A DNA stretch of 64,000 nucleotides from Thermodesulfobacteriota bacterium (GTDB taxonomy: Bacteria > Desulfobacterota_D > UBA1144 > Nemesobacterales > JAJCZQ01), in NCBI GenBank assembly GCA_965215275.1, contig OZ244044.1:576001-640000 (forward strand), in the 5' to 3' direction. The notes beneath the pieces are model-generated. The model searched no databases. It saw only the letters and a program-made list of their open reading frames with translations, and was not told where the DNA came from. The stretch's first letter is position 1, and each line of letters begins with the position of its first letter. Below, one piece after another: positions 21,805-33,500 of this stretch. The position numbers and the translations under genes were made by a program.

Positions 21805-22419
21805 TTATAGGCTGGTTTTCTCAAAACCCAAAATTACAGGTTCATATATTTCTTCTGTGAACTCAAATAGCAGGTTGGCAAGTTCATTAGCAAACTCACT
21901 CCTGTTGTGAGGTAATATCCGTTTAAGGGTTTCCATCTGTTCAAGGGTTCCCCTTGTTTGAAAATCATAGCCTGTATTTTCACAGACGGCGAGATACCAC
22001 TTGTTATCAGTTATTTCTCTGTCGTCTTCAAGGTTTTTTCTAATATTTTTAATTTCTTCAGTATACTGCCTTATTTTCTCTTCAAACCTTTCCTTCTTTC
22101 TTTCATTAATCCACAGCCCATAGCAAAGATTATACCCTTCGCTGCCAGATAGCCTCTCAAAAATTACTCTAATATCACCATCTGCAAAGCAAAATCCCAA
22201 CTTAGACCATTTGTTCTTAGTATAGTCTTTTTCTATCTTCCATCCTTTTTTCCCTTCTTCCACTTTTCTTTTTAATTCTCCCTTTACCTCTTCCCAGAAT
22301 TCCTCTACCAACCGATCTTTAATTTTTGGAAAATTCTCTGAAATCTCACAAGCCGCAGAAAAGTTCTCCTCTGTTTCGGTTAAAAATTCAAAAACCTTTT
22401 CGTCATACTTGCTCGTCAT
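21805..22419 (-). CDS. hypothetical protein, paralog of 23065-23643
   Basis: Near-identical N-terminus (MTSKYDEK.FEFLTETEENFSAACEISENFPKIK) and C-terminal block (ILPHNRSEFA.ELANLLFEFTEEI) to the other copy; RBS AAGGAG. Confidence 0.75.
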   Translation of the reverse strand: MTSKYDEKVFEFLTETEENFSAACEISENFPKIKDRLVEEFWEEVKGELKRKVEEGKKGWKIEKDYTKNKWSKLGFCFADGDIRVIFERLSGSEGYNLCYGLWINERKKERFEEKIRQYTEEIKNIRKNLEDDREITDNKWYLAVCENTGYDFQTRGTLEQMETLKRILPHNRSEFANELANLLFEFTEEIYEPVILGFEKTSL

Positions 22420-22444
22420 TTCATTCTCCTTACTTTCATAAAAA

Positions 22445-22726
22445 CTATAAACTAATTATCACTTCTATATATGTTTTCAGTAAATATTTAACCTTGGATG
22501 CCCCAATCTTTCTTACATTCTCTCAGCCAATCTTTAATATATTTTTACAGCTAATACTACATAAAACATTGTTGTCCTTTAGATACTCTCTTTTTCCTTA
22601 CACATTGAAGTATTTGAAGCATCCTTGCTTCCAACCGTCAGGAAATTTATAGTTTAGCTCTAATTGATCTGATTGATCATAAGCATGTATTTTATTCTCT
22701 ATCACGATAACAAATCTCTTTTGGGA
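22445..22726 (-). pseudogene. degenerate copy of the 3' half of the PD-(D/E)XK nuclease gene
   Basis: DNA similarity to 23669-23997 (e.g. TTTTATTCTCTATCACGATA, TTCAGTAAATATTTAACCTTGGATGCC) with internal deletion and frameshifts. Confidence 0.85.
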
Positions 22727-23017
22727 TTAATCAAGTGCTGCGAAGGTACTTATAAAGGCAATCTCCAGAAGAATAATCTTTAACACTTCCCCAAGCCTTT
22801 CTGAATGGAATTCCAGGTACACAAAAGCGTAACAGGAACTATAAAAGTCGTAAGGAGTACCAAAAAATTTATCCCTTATAAAACCAAATAATAACTGATT
22901 CCCAAATTAGTCAATCAATCTACTTTTTTTCAAACAACAGAGAGTAAAACAGAATGAAAACGACCCCGATCAAGGGAAAAATCAGCAGACTAAGGTTTCC
23001 CGAAAAAATGCGTCCAA
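22727..23017 (-). pseudogene. degenerate copy of the 5' end of nuoM
   Basis: Matches 21340-21756 (GTACACAAAAGCGTAACAGG, GTCGTAAGGAGTACCA, GAAAAAATGCGTCCAAATTTTGGTCCTCTT) with a deletion. Confidence 0.88.
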
Positions 23018-23064
23018 ATTTTGGTCCTCTTTGGGTTGATATGAAAAAACGGTGCAATTATATT

Positions 23065-23643
23065 TCACGAGTTAGTTTTATCAGGACCTGTAATCCCCCG
23101 AATTATAGGTTCTTCTATCTCTTCTGTGAACTCAAATAGCAGGTTAGCAAGTTCACTAGCAAATTCACTCCTGTTGTGAGGTAAGATCCGTCTAAGGGTT
23201 TCCCTTGTTTTAAAATCATAGCCTGTATCTTTATAGGCAAGCCGCCAATCGTTACTAATCATTTCTTTGTCGTCTTTAAGTTTTTTAATCTCTGAATCGT
23301 ACAGTTCTATTTTTTCTTTAAACTCTTCCTTGTTGTCGTAATTTCTCCACAGCCCATAATAGTTGCTTTTTTCACTTGATAGCCCCCCGAAAATTACTCT
23401 AATGTCACCACCTGCAAACCAAAATCCCAGATTAGCATTTTTGTTCATAGTATCGCCTTCTTTTTTTATATCCCATCCTTTTTCATTTTTTCTTTCTAAT
23501 TCTCCCTTTACCTCTTCCCAGAACTCTTTTATAAATCGTTCTTTAATTTTTGGAAAGTTCTCTGAAATCTCACAAGCCGCAGAAAAGTTCTCCTCTGTTT
23601 CGGTTAAAAATTCAAAAATTTTTTCGTCATATTTGCTCGTCAT
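23065..23643 (-). CDS. hypothetical protein, putative partner/C-terminal module of the upstream nuclease
   Basis: Starts 26 nt after the nuclease stop with its own AAGGAG RBS; paralog at 21805-22419. Confidence 0.75.
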   Translation of the reverse strand: MTSKYDEKIFEFLTETEENFSAACEISENFPKIKERFIKEFWEEVKGELERKNEKGWDIKKEGDTMNKNANLGFWFAGGDIRVIFGGLSSEKSNYYGLWRNYDNKEEFKEKIELYDSEIKKLKDDKEMISNDWRLAYKDTGYDFKTRETLRRILPHNRSEFASELANLLFEFTEEIEEPIIRGITGPDKTNS

Positions 23644-23668
23644 TTCATTCTCCTTACTTTCATAAAAA

Positions 23669-24412
23669 CTATAAACTAATGATTACTTCTATATATGCTT
23701 TCAGTAAATATTTAACCTTGGATGCCTCAACATCTTTCATACATTCTTCCAGCCAAGTTTTAATATCGTTTTTATAACTAATATCACGTAATACATCTTT
23801 ACCCTTTAGTTCATTTTCTAATTCCTGCTTGATTGTATAATCTGAAGCATCTTTTCCTTGAACCGTCAGATAAAATAATGCCATTTGTTCATCTTTATAC
23901 CTTTTGCTTAGAAATTCATGGTATCGCTTTAATTGATCTTCTTGATCAGAGGCATATATTTTATTCTCTATCACGATACCAAATCTCTTTTGGGGATCAT
24001 TGGAATGAACGTACAGGTCTAATCTGCCCCATCCCGTGTGATACTCTTTACCGACTATATAGCCGCTTTCCTTTTCAAGTTTAAAATGTTCCCTTTTTTC
24101 TTCCGAAATAAACCTGTCAATGAAGGACCGTAAGAATAAACCACCTTGTCCATGCGTGCCGTCCGGCTGTAACAGGTCTTTCAAAAATAGGGTATGTGTT
24201 TTTTCAGAAGTACTGACATCTATGATCTTAAAAATATTGTAATCAAATGCCTCTTTTTTATTGCACTCCGCAAACTTAGACCTAAAAGTATTATAATGTC
24301 CCAGCAGTGCCTGGAAATTCTGCTTAAACTCATCCACCCTTTCATCTGCAGTTTCTTCGGAAAACCGTCTGTAACGGTCTAAAAAGGATGATATTCGTTC
24401 TGTTTCATTCAT
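23669..24412 (-). CDS. PD-(D/E)XK nuclease superfamily protein (PDDEXK_4-like)
   Basis: SEKTHT, LLQPDGTHGQG, GRLDLY, IVIENKIYASDQEDQLKRY, FYLT. Confidence 0.85.
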   Translation of the reverse strand: MNETERISSFLDRYRRFSEETADERVDEFKQNFQALLGHYNTFRSKFAECNKKEAFDYNIFKIIDVSTSEKTHTLFLKDLLQPDGTHGQGGLFLRSFIDRFISEEKREHFKLEKESGYIVGKEYHTGWGRLDLYVHSNDPQKRFGIVIENKIYASDQEDQLKRYHEFLSKRYKDEQMALFYLTVQGKDASDYTIKQELENELKGKDVLRDISYKNDIKTWLEECMKDVEASKVKYLLKAYIEVIISL

Positions 24413-24441
24413 AGATAAACTAACCTAAACTTACCCGTAAC

Positions 24442-24469
24442 TTGACATACTTTATCTATCAAATACACT
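24442..24469 (+). promoter_or_regulatory. sigma70-type promoter of the initiator tRNA
   Basis: TTGACA (24442-24447), 16-bp spacer, TACACT (24464-24469). Confidence 0.55.
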
Positions 24470-24487
24470 CTAAAAAGTATTTTCAGG

Positions 24488-24564
<77 letters not shown>

Positions 24565-24582
24565 TTACCAGTTTCGTAAATT

Positions 24583-25647
24583 TCATTTCTGAACTGCAAA
24601 AGTCTCTATCTCTTTAACGAGTTCATCCACGATCTGGCTTTCCTTAAAAGAGCGGACAAGTTTTCCATCCTTGTAAAGCATGCCTTTTCCCCTGCCCCCG
24701 GCTATTCCTATATCAGCCTCCGAAGCCTCACCCGGACCATTTACCACGCAACCGAGTATCGCCACTTTTACCGGTTTGGGCAGTTCAATACCGTGAACTC
24801 TCTTTTCAACGTCGTTGACGAGTTTCACAAGATCGATCTCCAGCCTTCCACAGCCGGGACATGATATAAGTTCAATACCGTTGTTTCTTATCCCCAGGGA
24901 TTTAAGGATGTTTATACCCGCTATGACCTCATTGACCGGATCACCCGTTAGTGACACTCTGATAGTATCCCCTATGCCATCCACCAAAAGAGTTCCTATA
25001 CCAATTGAGGATTTTACCACCCCCATTTTGGGGGTTCCTGCCTCGGTTACGCCAAGATGGAGCGGATATTCTGTCTTTTCCGCAAGAAGTCTGTACGCTT
25101 TTACCATCTTTCTTACGTCGGTGGATTTAACCGAGATCTTAATGTCATAAAAGTCAAAATCCTCCAGAATACTTACGTGTCTGAGAGCACTTTCAACTAA
25201 GGCCTCGGCCGTGGGACTTCCATGCTTTTTCAGTATGTCTTTTTCAAGCGAACCGGAATTAACGCCGATCCTGATCGGGATGCCTCTCTCCTTCACGGCA
25301 TCCACAACGGTTTTTATCCTGTATCTTGCACCTATGTTACCGGGATTGATCCTCATACCGTCAACGCCCTGGTTAACTGCTTCAAGAGCAAGTTTGTAGT
25401 CAAAGTGAATATCTGATATCAGCGGGATATTTATCTGCTTTTTTATTTCTCCTATTGCTTTGGCCGCGTAAATATCCGGAACTGCCACGCGTACTATATC
25501 GCAGCCAGCGTCCTCCAGCTCGCGTATCTCGGCAACCGTAGCATCTACGTCCCTCGTATCCGTTATCGTCATTGACTGAACGGACACGGGAGCACCGCCT
25601 CCTATTTTTATGTTTCCAACCGAGATCTGCCTGGACTCTCTGATCAT
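24583..25647 (-). CDS. ispG: (E)-4-hydroxy-3-methylbut-2-enyl diphosphate synthase
   Basis: VQSMT, DIHFD, RINPGNI, IGVNSGSL, HLGVTEAG, SCPGCGR, GCVVNGPGE. Confidence 0.97.
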   Translation of the reverse strand: MIRESRQISVGNIKIGGGAPVSVQSMTITDTRDVDATVAEIRELEDAGCDIVRVAVPDIYAAKAIGEIKKQINIPLISDIHFDYKLALEAVNQGVDGMRINPGNIGARYRIKTVVDAVKERGIPIRIGVNSGSLEKDILKKHGSPTAEALVESALRHVSILEDFDFYDIKISVKSTDVRKMVKAYRLLAEKTEYPLHLGVTEAGTPKMGVVKSSIGIGTLLVDGIGDTIRVSLTGDPVNEVIAGINILKSLGIRNNGIELISCPGCGRLEIDLVKLVNDVEKRVHGIELPKPVKVAILGCVVNGPGEASEADIGIAGGRGKGMLYKDGKLVRSFKESQIVDELVKEIETFAVQK

Positions 25648-25840
25648 ATCAGGGGACTATCCTATACAAAACCGTCTCTGGTTTCAACTATATTAACCAC
25701 TTTCTGGCAATACACGAACTATCTTTACACTGAAAAGGACCAATGAACGTAATACTTTGAAAAAAGTTTTAAAGCTGTATATTTTAGTTTATTTTAAATC
25801 GTTCATACGTTAAGGCAATCAACGGAGGTTTCAGCTAAAC

Positions 25841-27391
25841 ATGGAAATTGACGGGTCAAAATTGTTAGAAGATCATAAGATTAAAAACACAGGAAAGGTA
25901 TATTACAACCTTTCCATTCCTGAACTTTACGAAGAGGCAATAAGACGAGGCGAGGCACAAATTGGACAAGAAGGTACATTGATCGGGGATACAAGACCGC
26001 ACACGGGAAGATCGCCCAAGGACAGATTTATAGTTAAAGAACCTTCGACAGAAGATAAAATCGACTGGGGTCAGGTAAATCAACCGATCTCACCCGAGGC
26101 ATTCGATTCTCTTTACAACAAGGTCGTAAATTACTTTGAAAGTAAGGACGTTTTTGTAAGGGACCTCTGTGTTTGTGCTCATGAGAACTATAAAACGAAC
26201 GTCAGGGTGATAAACGAGTTTGCATGGCATAACGTTTTTGTAAATAATCTTTTTATAAGACCTAACGCAGATGATCTGCCCCATAAAAATGTTGACTTTA
26301 CAGTTATTTCCGCTCCCGGATTCAAAGCTGACCCTGAAACGGATTCCACAAGAACAGAAACCTTTATAATCCTGAACCTGCAAAAAAGAATAGCCCTGAT
26401 AGGTGGGACCAAATACGCAGGTGAGATGAAAAAATCCGTGTTCGCCGCTATGAATTTCCTGTTACCTGAAAAGAACGTGTTTCCCATGCACTGCTCCGCC
26501 AACGTCGGCAAAAAAGGTGATGTTGCCTTGTTCTTCGGACTGTCAGGAACTGGAAAGACAACATTATCAGCGGACCCGGAGAGAAAGCTTATAGGCGACG
26601 ACGAACACGGGTGGTATGATCAGGGGGTATTTAACTTTGAAGGTGGATGCTATGCCAAGGCAATCAAGTTAAGTCCGAAGACGGAACCTGAAATTTATAA
26701 CGCAACTCTGCGTTTCGGGTCGGTTGTAGAAAACGTGGAACTTGATCCGAAAACAAGAAAAATAGATTTCAACAGCGATAAATTTACCGAAAATACAAGA
26801 AGTGCATATCCGCTTACTTCATTAAATGGAACTGTTGAAAATGGATTAGGAAATATCCCTTCAACAATTTTTATGCTTACCTATGATGCGTTCGGTGTTC
26901 TGCCTCCCATATCTAAACTAACTCCTCAGCAGGCAATGTATTTCTTTCTACTTGGCTATACTGCAAAAGTGGCAGGAACGGAGAGAGGCGTGAGCGAACC
27001 TCAGGCAACGTTCAGTTCTTGCTTTGGAGCTCCTTTTCTTCCACGACCGCCAAAGTTTTACGGTGAGATGTTAAAAAATAAAATGGAGAAGCACAAGGTT
27101 GAGATATGGCTGCTTAACACTGGTATATGTGGAGGACCTTATGGTATCGGACAAAGAATGCCACTTCCATCAACCAGAGACCTGGTCACCGCGGCAATGA
27201 ATGGAACTTTGAACAAATCCGAATTTGTGGAAATTCCCATTCTTGGACTCAAGGTTCCAGCAAAGTGCCAGAGCGTCGCTTCAAACCTTTTACAACCCAG
27301 GCTTTCGTGGAGCAATCCTGAAGAATATGACGCAAAGGCAAATGAATTAAAAAAACTGTTTGAAGAAGAATATAACAAATATCGGAAATAA
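25841..27391 (+). CDS. pckA: phosphoenolpyruvate carboxykinase (ATP)
   Basis: TGRSPKD, YAGEMKKS, MHCSAN, GLSGTGKTTLS, IGDDEHGW, NFEGGCYAK. Confidence 0.97.
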   Translation: MEIDGSKLLEDHKIKNTGKVYYNLSIPELYEEAIRRGEAQIGQEGTLIGDTRPHTGRSPKDRFIVKEPSTEDKIDWGQVNQPISPEAFDSLYNKVVNYFESKDVFVRDLCVCAHENYKTNVRVINEFAWHNVFVNNLFIRPNADDLPHKNVDFTVISAPGFKADPETDSTRTETFIILNLQKRIALIGGTKYAGEMKKSVFAAMNFLLPEKNVFPMHCSANVGKKGDVALFFGLSGTGKTTLSADPERKLIGDDEHGWYDQGVFNFEGGCYAKAIKLSPKTEPEIYNATLRFGSVVENVELDPKTRKIDFNSDKFTENTRSAYPLTSLNGTVENGLGNIPSTIFMLTYDAFGVLPPISKLTPQQAMYFFLLGYTAKVAGTERGVSEPQATFSSCFGAPFLPRPPKFYGEMLKNKMEKHKVEIWLLNTGICGGPYGIGQRMPLPSTRDLVTAAMNGTLNKSEFVEIPILGLKVPAKCQSVASNLLQPRLSWSNPEEYDAKANELKKLFEEEYNKYRK

Positions 27392-27594
27392 TATACTTTA
27401 GTAAACAAGATATTCAGAAAATTATATATACTAGTGCCTTCTATCGCATCTCTTATTGTCTCAATTATTTTTCCGTAGTAATGAACTTCTCACTTCATAG
27501 ACCGTTTGTCCTGTTTTTCAACTCGTTCAGAATATCAAGGGCAGTTCAATACACAGTAATACACCCGTTCAATGCTTCTGAAAGGACCGCATTG

Positions 27595-30500
27595 CTACGT
27601 CTTTATCTGATATCTTCTCTTCCTTCTGATAGCTACTGACACGGGTATAAGTATCAGACATGCCATTACTCCAAGCAGATCAGGAACAACGTTGCTCTGA
27701 TCTGAGACAGCACATCCTCCTCCACCTCCACCTGCTTCAGTATCTGGTGCTGGTCTTGGTCTTGGATTTGGTGGTGGCGGCGGAGCAGGAGGAGCCTCTA
27801 CAATAAGTATGAAACTCACCTCATCCGTATCTCCATTCCTGTCCGTTACTATATACCTGTAAGTATCAGTCGATGCTCTCGTCGGTGTGCCACTTATTTC
27901 TCGGGTAACTTCGTTAAAACTCAATCCAGCTGGCAGATCAGGAGTTATACTGTAAGTAACTGGTGGATTCCCTCCCGTTGCCTCTGGCAGCGTTATTGGT
28001 CTCCCTGCTGTGTACTCCATTTGAGTAGAAATTGTCGTACCGTCAAGGTCTGGAGTGCTGTCTTCTTCTATTGTTATTCTGAACATCAACTCAGCTGTAT
28101 CTCCATCTACATCTGTAACACTCCATGTATAAGGAGTTTCATGCATCGCAGTAGTGGGTGTACCGCTTATTTCTTGAGTAGCTGAGTTAAAACTCAATCC
28201 AGTTGGCAATGCAGGCGTTATACTGTACCTTAATCCTCCATTCCCTGATGTTGCTGCAGGCAGCGTTACCGGTGTTATTGAACTCCCTGCTATATATTCC
28301 TTATCATCTATCGTCTCACCACTAAAAGTTGGCATTGCGTCTGCTAATATTGTGATCCCGAACATCAACTCAGCTGTATCTCCATCTACGTCAGTTACAG
28401 TATATGTATAAACTGTTCTGCTCGCTGCAGTAGTCGGTGTCCCGCTTATCTCGCGGGTAGCAGGGGTAAAAATCAATCCAGCAGGTAATCCAGGTGTTAT
28501 ACTGTAAGTTAATGTTCCGTTCCCTCCCGCTGCTGCAGGCAGCGTTACCGGAAGGTTTATTGTTTTCCCTGCTATGTACTCCTGATCATCTATCATATCA
28601 CTGAAGGTTGGTTCTTCATTTGCAGTTACAGTGATACCGAACGTCAACTTTGCAGTATCTCCATCTATGTCTTCTACCGTATATGTATAAGTATCCTTAC
28701 TCATTGCAGTAGCCGGTGTCCCACTTATCTCGCGGGTATTTTCGTTAAAATCCAATCCAGTTGGTAACTTAGGTGTTAAACTGTAAGTTAATGTTCCATT
28801 CCCTCCTGCTGCCTCAGGCAGCGTTACTGGAATGTTTATTGTTTTCCCTGCTATGTACTCCTGATTAGCTATCGTATCACTGAAACTTGGTTCTTCGTTT
28901 GCAGCTACTGTGATACCGAAACTCAAATCAGCCGTATCTCCATCTATGTCTTCTACCGTATATGTATAAGTATCCTTACTCATTGCAGTAGCCGGTGTCC
29001 CACTTATCTCGCGGGTAGCAGAGGTAAAGATTAATCCAGTCGGTAATGCAGGCGTTAAACTGTAAGTTAATGGAGCATTTCCTCCCGCTGCTGCAGGCAG
29101 TGTCACCGGAAGGTTTGTCGTTTTCCCTGCTATATACTCCTGATTAGCTATCGTATCACTGAAACTTGGTTCTTCGTTTGCAGCTACTGTGATACCGAAA
29201 CTCAAATCAGCCGTATCTCCATCTTTGTCTCTTACCGTATACGTGTAAGTACCAGATGATGCACTCGCAGGTGTGCCGCTTATCACTCGGGTAGATGCGT
29301 TAAAATACAATCCAGTTGGTAACTTAGGTGTTAAACTGTAAGTTAATGGAGCATTCCCTCCCGCTGCTGCAGGTAATGTTACAGGAAGGTTTGTTGTTTT
29401 CCCTGCTATGTACTCCTGATCGGTTATCGCATCACTGAAGGCTGGTTCTTCGTTTGCAGCCACTGTGATACCGAAACTCAATTCATCCGTATCCCCGTCT
29501 TCGTCCGTTACTGTATATGTATAAACTGTTCTGCTCGCTGCAGTAGTCGGTGTCCCGCTTATCTCGCGGTGGGGGGGGGTAGATGCGTTAAAATTCAATC
29601 CAGTTGGTAATGTTGGGGTTATACTGTATCTTAATGCTCCATTCCCTCCCGTTGCCTCAGGTAGTATTTCCGTTACTGCGATACCCGTCAGATACTCCTT
29701 ATCAGCTATCATCTCACCGCCAAAAGTCGGTTCTGTGTCTGCTTCTACCGTGATCCCAAACCTTAACTCAAACCTATCTCCGTCTTTGTCTCTTACCGTA
29801 TACGTGTAAGTACCAGATGATGCACTCACAGGTGTGCCGCTTATCACTCGGGTAGATGCGCTAAAATTTAATCCAGCAGGTAATATAGGTGTTATACTGT
29901 AAGTTAATGGAGCATTCCCTCCCGCTGCTGCGGGCAGTGTTACCGGAAGGTTCGTTGCCGTCCCTGCTACGTACTCCTGATCATCTATCGTCTCACTGAA
30001 AGTTGGTCTGTCGTCTGCAGCTACTGTGATCCCGAACATCAGATCATCCGTATCTCCGTCTTTATCTGTTACCGTATACGTGTAAGTATCCTCAGGCATT
30101 GCAGTAGTGGGTGTGCCACTTAGCACTCGGGTAATTTCGTTCAAATCCAATCCAGCAGGTAAAGCAGGCGTTATAGTATATCTTAATGTTCCATTCCCTC
30201 CCGTTGCCTCAGGCAGCGTTACAGGAAGGTTTGTTGTTTTCCCTGCTATGTACTCCTGATCACCTATCATCTTACCGCCAAAGTCCGGCAGGCTGTCTGC
30301 TTCTACCGTGATCCCGAATGTCAAATCATCCGTATCTCCGTCTTTGTCTCTTACCGTATACGTGTAAGTATCCTTAGGCATTGCAGCAGTGGGTGCGCCA
30401 CTTATCTCTCGGGTAGCAGGGGTAAAGATCAATCCAGCAGGTAAAGAAGGATTTAAACTGTATATTAAATCTCCATTCCCTCCCGTTGCCTCAGGCAGCG

Positions 30501-33500
30501 TTACAGGAAGATTTGCTGTTTTCCCTGCTACGTACTCCTTATCAGCTATCATATTACCGCCAAAGTCCGGCATGCTGTCTGCTTCTACCGTGATCCCGAA
30601 CGTCAGATCATCACTATCTCCGTCTTTGTCTGTTACAGTATATGTATACATTCTCTTATTCGTTGCAGTAGTGGGTGTGCCACTTATCTCTCGGGTGGTT
30701 TCGTCAAAATCCAATCCAGCAGGTAAATCAGGTGTTATAGTGTATCTTAATGTTCCATTCCCTCCCGTTGCTTCAGGCAGCGTTACTGGAAGATTTGTTG
30801 TTTTCCCTGCTACGTACTCCTTATCAGCTATCATATTACCGCCAAATTCCGGCATGCTGTCAGTTTCTACTGTGATCCCGAACGTCAGATCAGCTGTATC
30901 TCCTTCTTCGTCTCTTACCGTATACGTGTAAGTACCAGATGATGCACTCTCAGGTGTGCCACTTAGCACTCGGGTAGCAGGGGTAAAGATCAATCCAGCT
31001 GGTAAAGCAGGTGTTATACTATAGGTTAATGCTCCATCCCCTCCCACTGCAACAGGTAGAGTTTCCGTTATTGCTGTATCCGTAACATACTCCTTATCAG
31101 ATATAGTCTCGCCGCTAAAGGTCGGCACATCAGATCCTACAGTGATCCCGAACTTTATTTGATCTGTATCTCCATCACCATCGATAACAGTATATGTATA
31201 CATGGTCTTACTCGTTACAGTAGTGGGTGTTCCACTTATCTCTCGGGTGGTTTCGTCAAAATCCAATCCATCTGGTAAAAAAGAGAATATGACGGGTATA
31301 TCAGAAGGAGCTAAACTGTACGTTAAGGTTCCATTCCCTCCCGTTGCAGCAGGTAGTATTTCCGTTACTGCGACACCCGTCAGATACTCCTTATCAGCTA
31401 TCATATTACTGCCAAAGTCCGGCATTCTGTCAGCTTCTACCGTGATCCCGAACGTCAACTCATCCGTATCTCCTTCTTCGTCTTCTGCTGTATACGTGTA
31501 AACAGTCTTACTCATTGCAGTAGTGGGTGTTCCGCTTATCTCTCGGGTAGCAGGGGTAAAGATCAATCCAGTTGGTAAAGCAGGTGTTATACTATAGGTT
31601 AATGCTCCATCCCCTCCCACTGCAACAGGTAGAGTTTCCGTTATTGCTGTATCCGTAACATACTCCTTATCAGATATAGTCTCGCCGCTAAAGGTCGGCA
31701 CATCAGATCCTACAGTGATCCCGAACTTTATTTGAGATGTATCTCCTTCATCATCAGTAGCAGCATATGTATACATGGTCTTGCTCGTTACAGTAGTGGG
31801 TGTCCCGCTTATCTCTCGGGTGGCTTCGTCAAAATCCAATCCATCCGGCAAAGCAGGTGTTAAACTATAAATTAATGTTCCATTCCCTCCCGCTGCCTCA
31901 GGCAGTGTTTCCGTTACTGCAATACCCGTCAGATACTCCTTATCAGTTATCATATTACTGCTAAAGCTTGGTACTGTATCGTCACTCCTATGACCATAGA
32001 CTTTGATACTCCACGAGTGCAAGGTCCCGACATCTCTAGAAGCAGTATCAGAGATATTAAGGGTCCATTCTCCAGCAGGATCTTCTCCTAGGTGTTTAGC
32101 TGAACCAAAACGATGAGTGTAATTGGTATAAGAGGTACGTGTTCCAAAAAGAAAAGCAAAGACCATAGCTCCCTGTACATGCTCCTTTGAAAGTTTCGAC
32201 ACGGTACCGTCAGGGGAGGTTATCTGTATCTCCAGATCTGCAAAGAAAGTGTGAGTGAACCTGAGATTGATCTCTACAAATTCCGTAAAAAGGTCAGTAT
32301 CGGATATGTTCAGGCTGGAAATAATTTCTCCGTCTGCTCCACCTGTGTGATCGGGGATCGCTGTATTAATATTACCCGAGGAAGCAGTCAGGGTTTTCAT
32401 CTGTGCAACCCGGTTCCAATTTTCGGCAAGTTCCACTGCCGCTTCAGCATCTACTACGCCAAAACCGTACTTTGGATTGTAATTATAACTGTCTGTATCA
32501 GAACCGTATTTAAGTGCTCCCGTTTCCCAGCCCGGGTCGGTCGGGTCGTTCCTGCGAGCTGAAGCTGCCAGTATCAACTTCAGGTCCCTCCAGCTCAGAT
32601 CACCGTTTACCTCTCTCATCAGTGCTGCTACACCTGAAACGGCCGGAGCGGAAAATGATGTTCCTTCCTCTCTAAAACCATAGCGGTCGTTATTAGCGGT
32701 CGTTGTAATAAACGAACCTGGAGCACATATCCATAGACTTACTCCCTCTTCTGAAAAGGAACTTTTCCTGCCGAAACCGTCTACTGAACAGACAGAAGTT
32801 ACGGCGTAGTAATTAGAATACTCTTCAAAATTAGCTTGGTCGTATAAAGTATGTCCATTTCCAGCCGACCAGACATAAAAAACTCCTTTACCACCAAACC
32901 CTTCCCTGATACCCGTTTCCACTGCCAGTTCCCAGGCTCTCCCGGAATTATGAAGACTGGGACGATCTGTTGCTCCCCAGCTGTTGCTGGATACCGCTGT
33001 TATAACGTGATTACGGGTCATAGCGTCTGCTATATTAGCTGAAGTACCATTACTCCCATCTAACAAGTTATAACTGTAGATACTTGCCTGAGGTGCTACC
33101 CCTCTCACGCCCAGTTCATTATCACCCACTGCCGCTATAACGCCCCCTGTTCGTGTACCATGACCTAAAGGACTGAATACATTATCGTTTCCGGAGTAAT
33201 CATGATTGAGGTCGGAATTCACATTGTCAGCAAGGTCCTCATGATCGGAGTCTATACCATCATCGACCACCGCAACGTTAATGCCACTCGCCAATATTTC
33301 ATCATTCCAGACCCCCTCCACGTTTATATCCTCTCCGGCGGTTATTCTCTGCCCGTTAAATCTCCACTGCCCCGTATTGTTCAGATGCCACTGACAACCG
33401 TATAAAGGGTCGTCGGGAAAACCGGTGATAAGGTCCTCACAATCAGAGGAAGAAGTATTATCTCTGGTATCCGTTATAACCTGAAGCTGGTACTGGTCGG

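Noticed and set aside
30389..31501. Plus-strand ORFs of 180 and 99 aa within the giant protease
   Set aside because: Antisense shadows of the repetitive coding strand.
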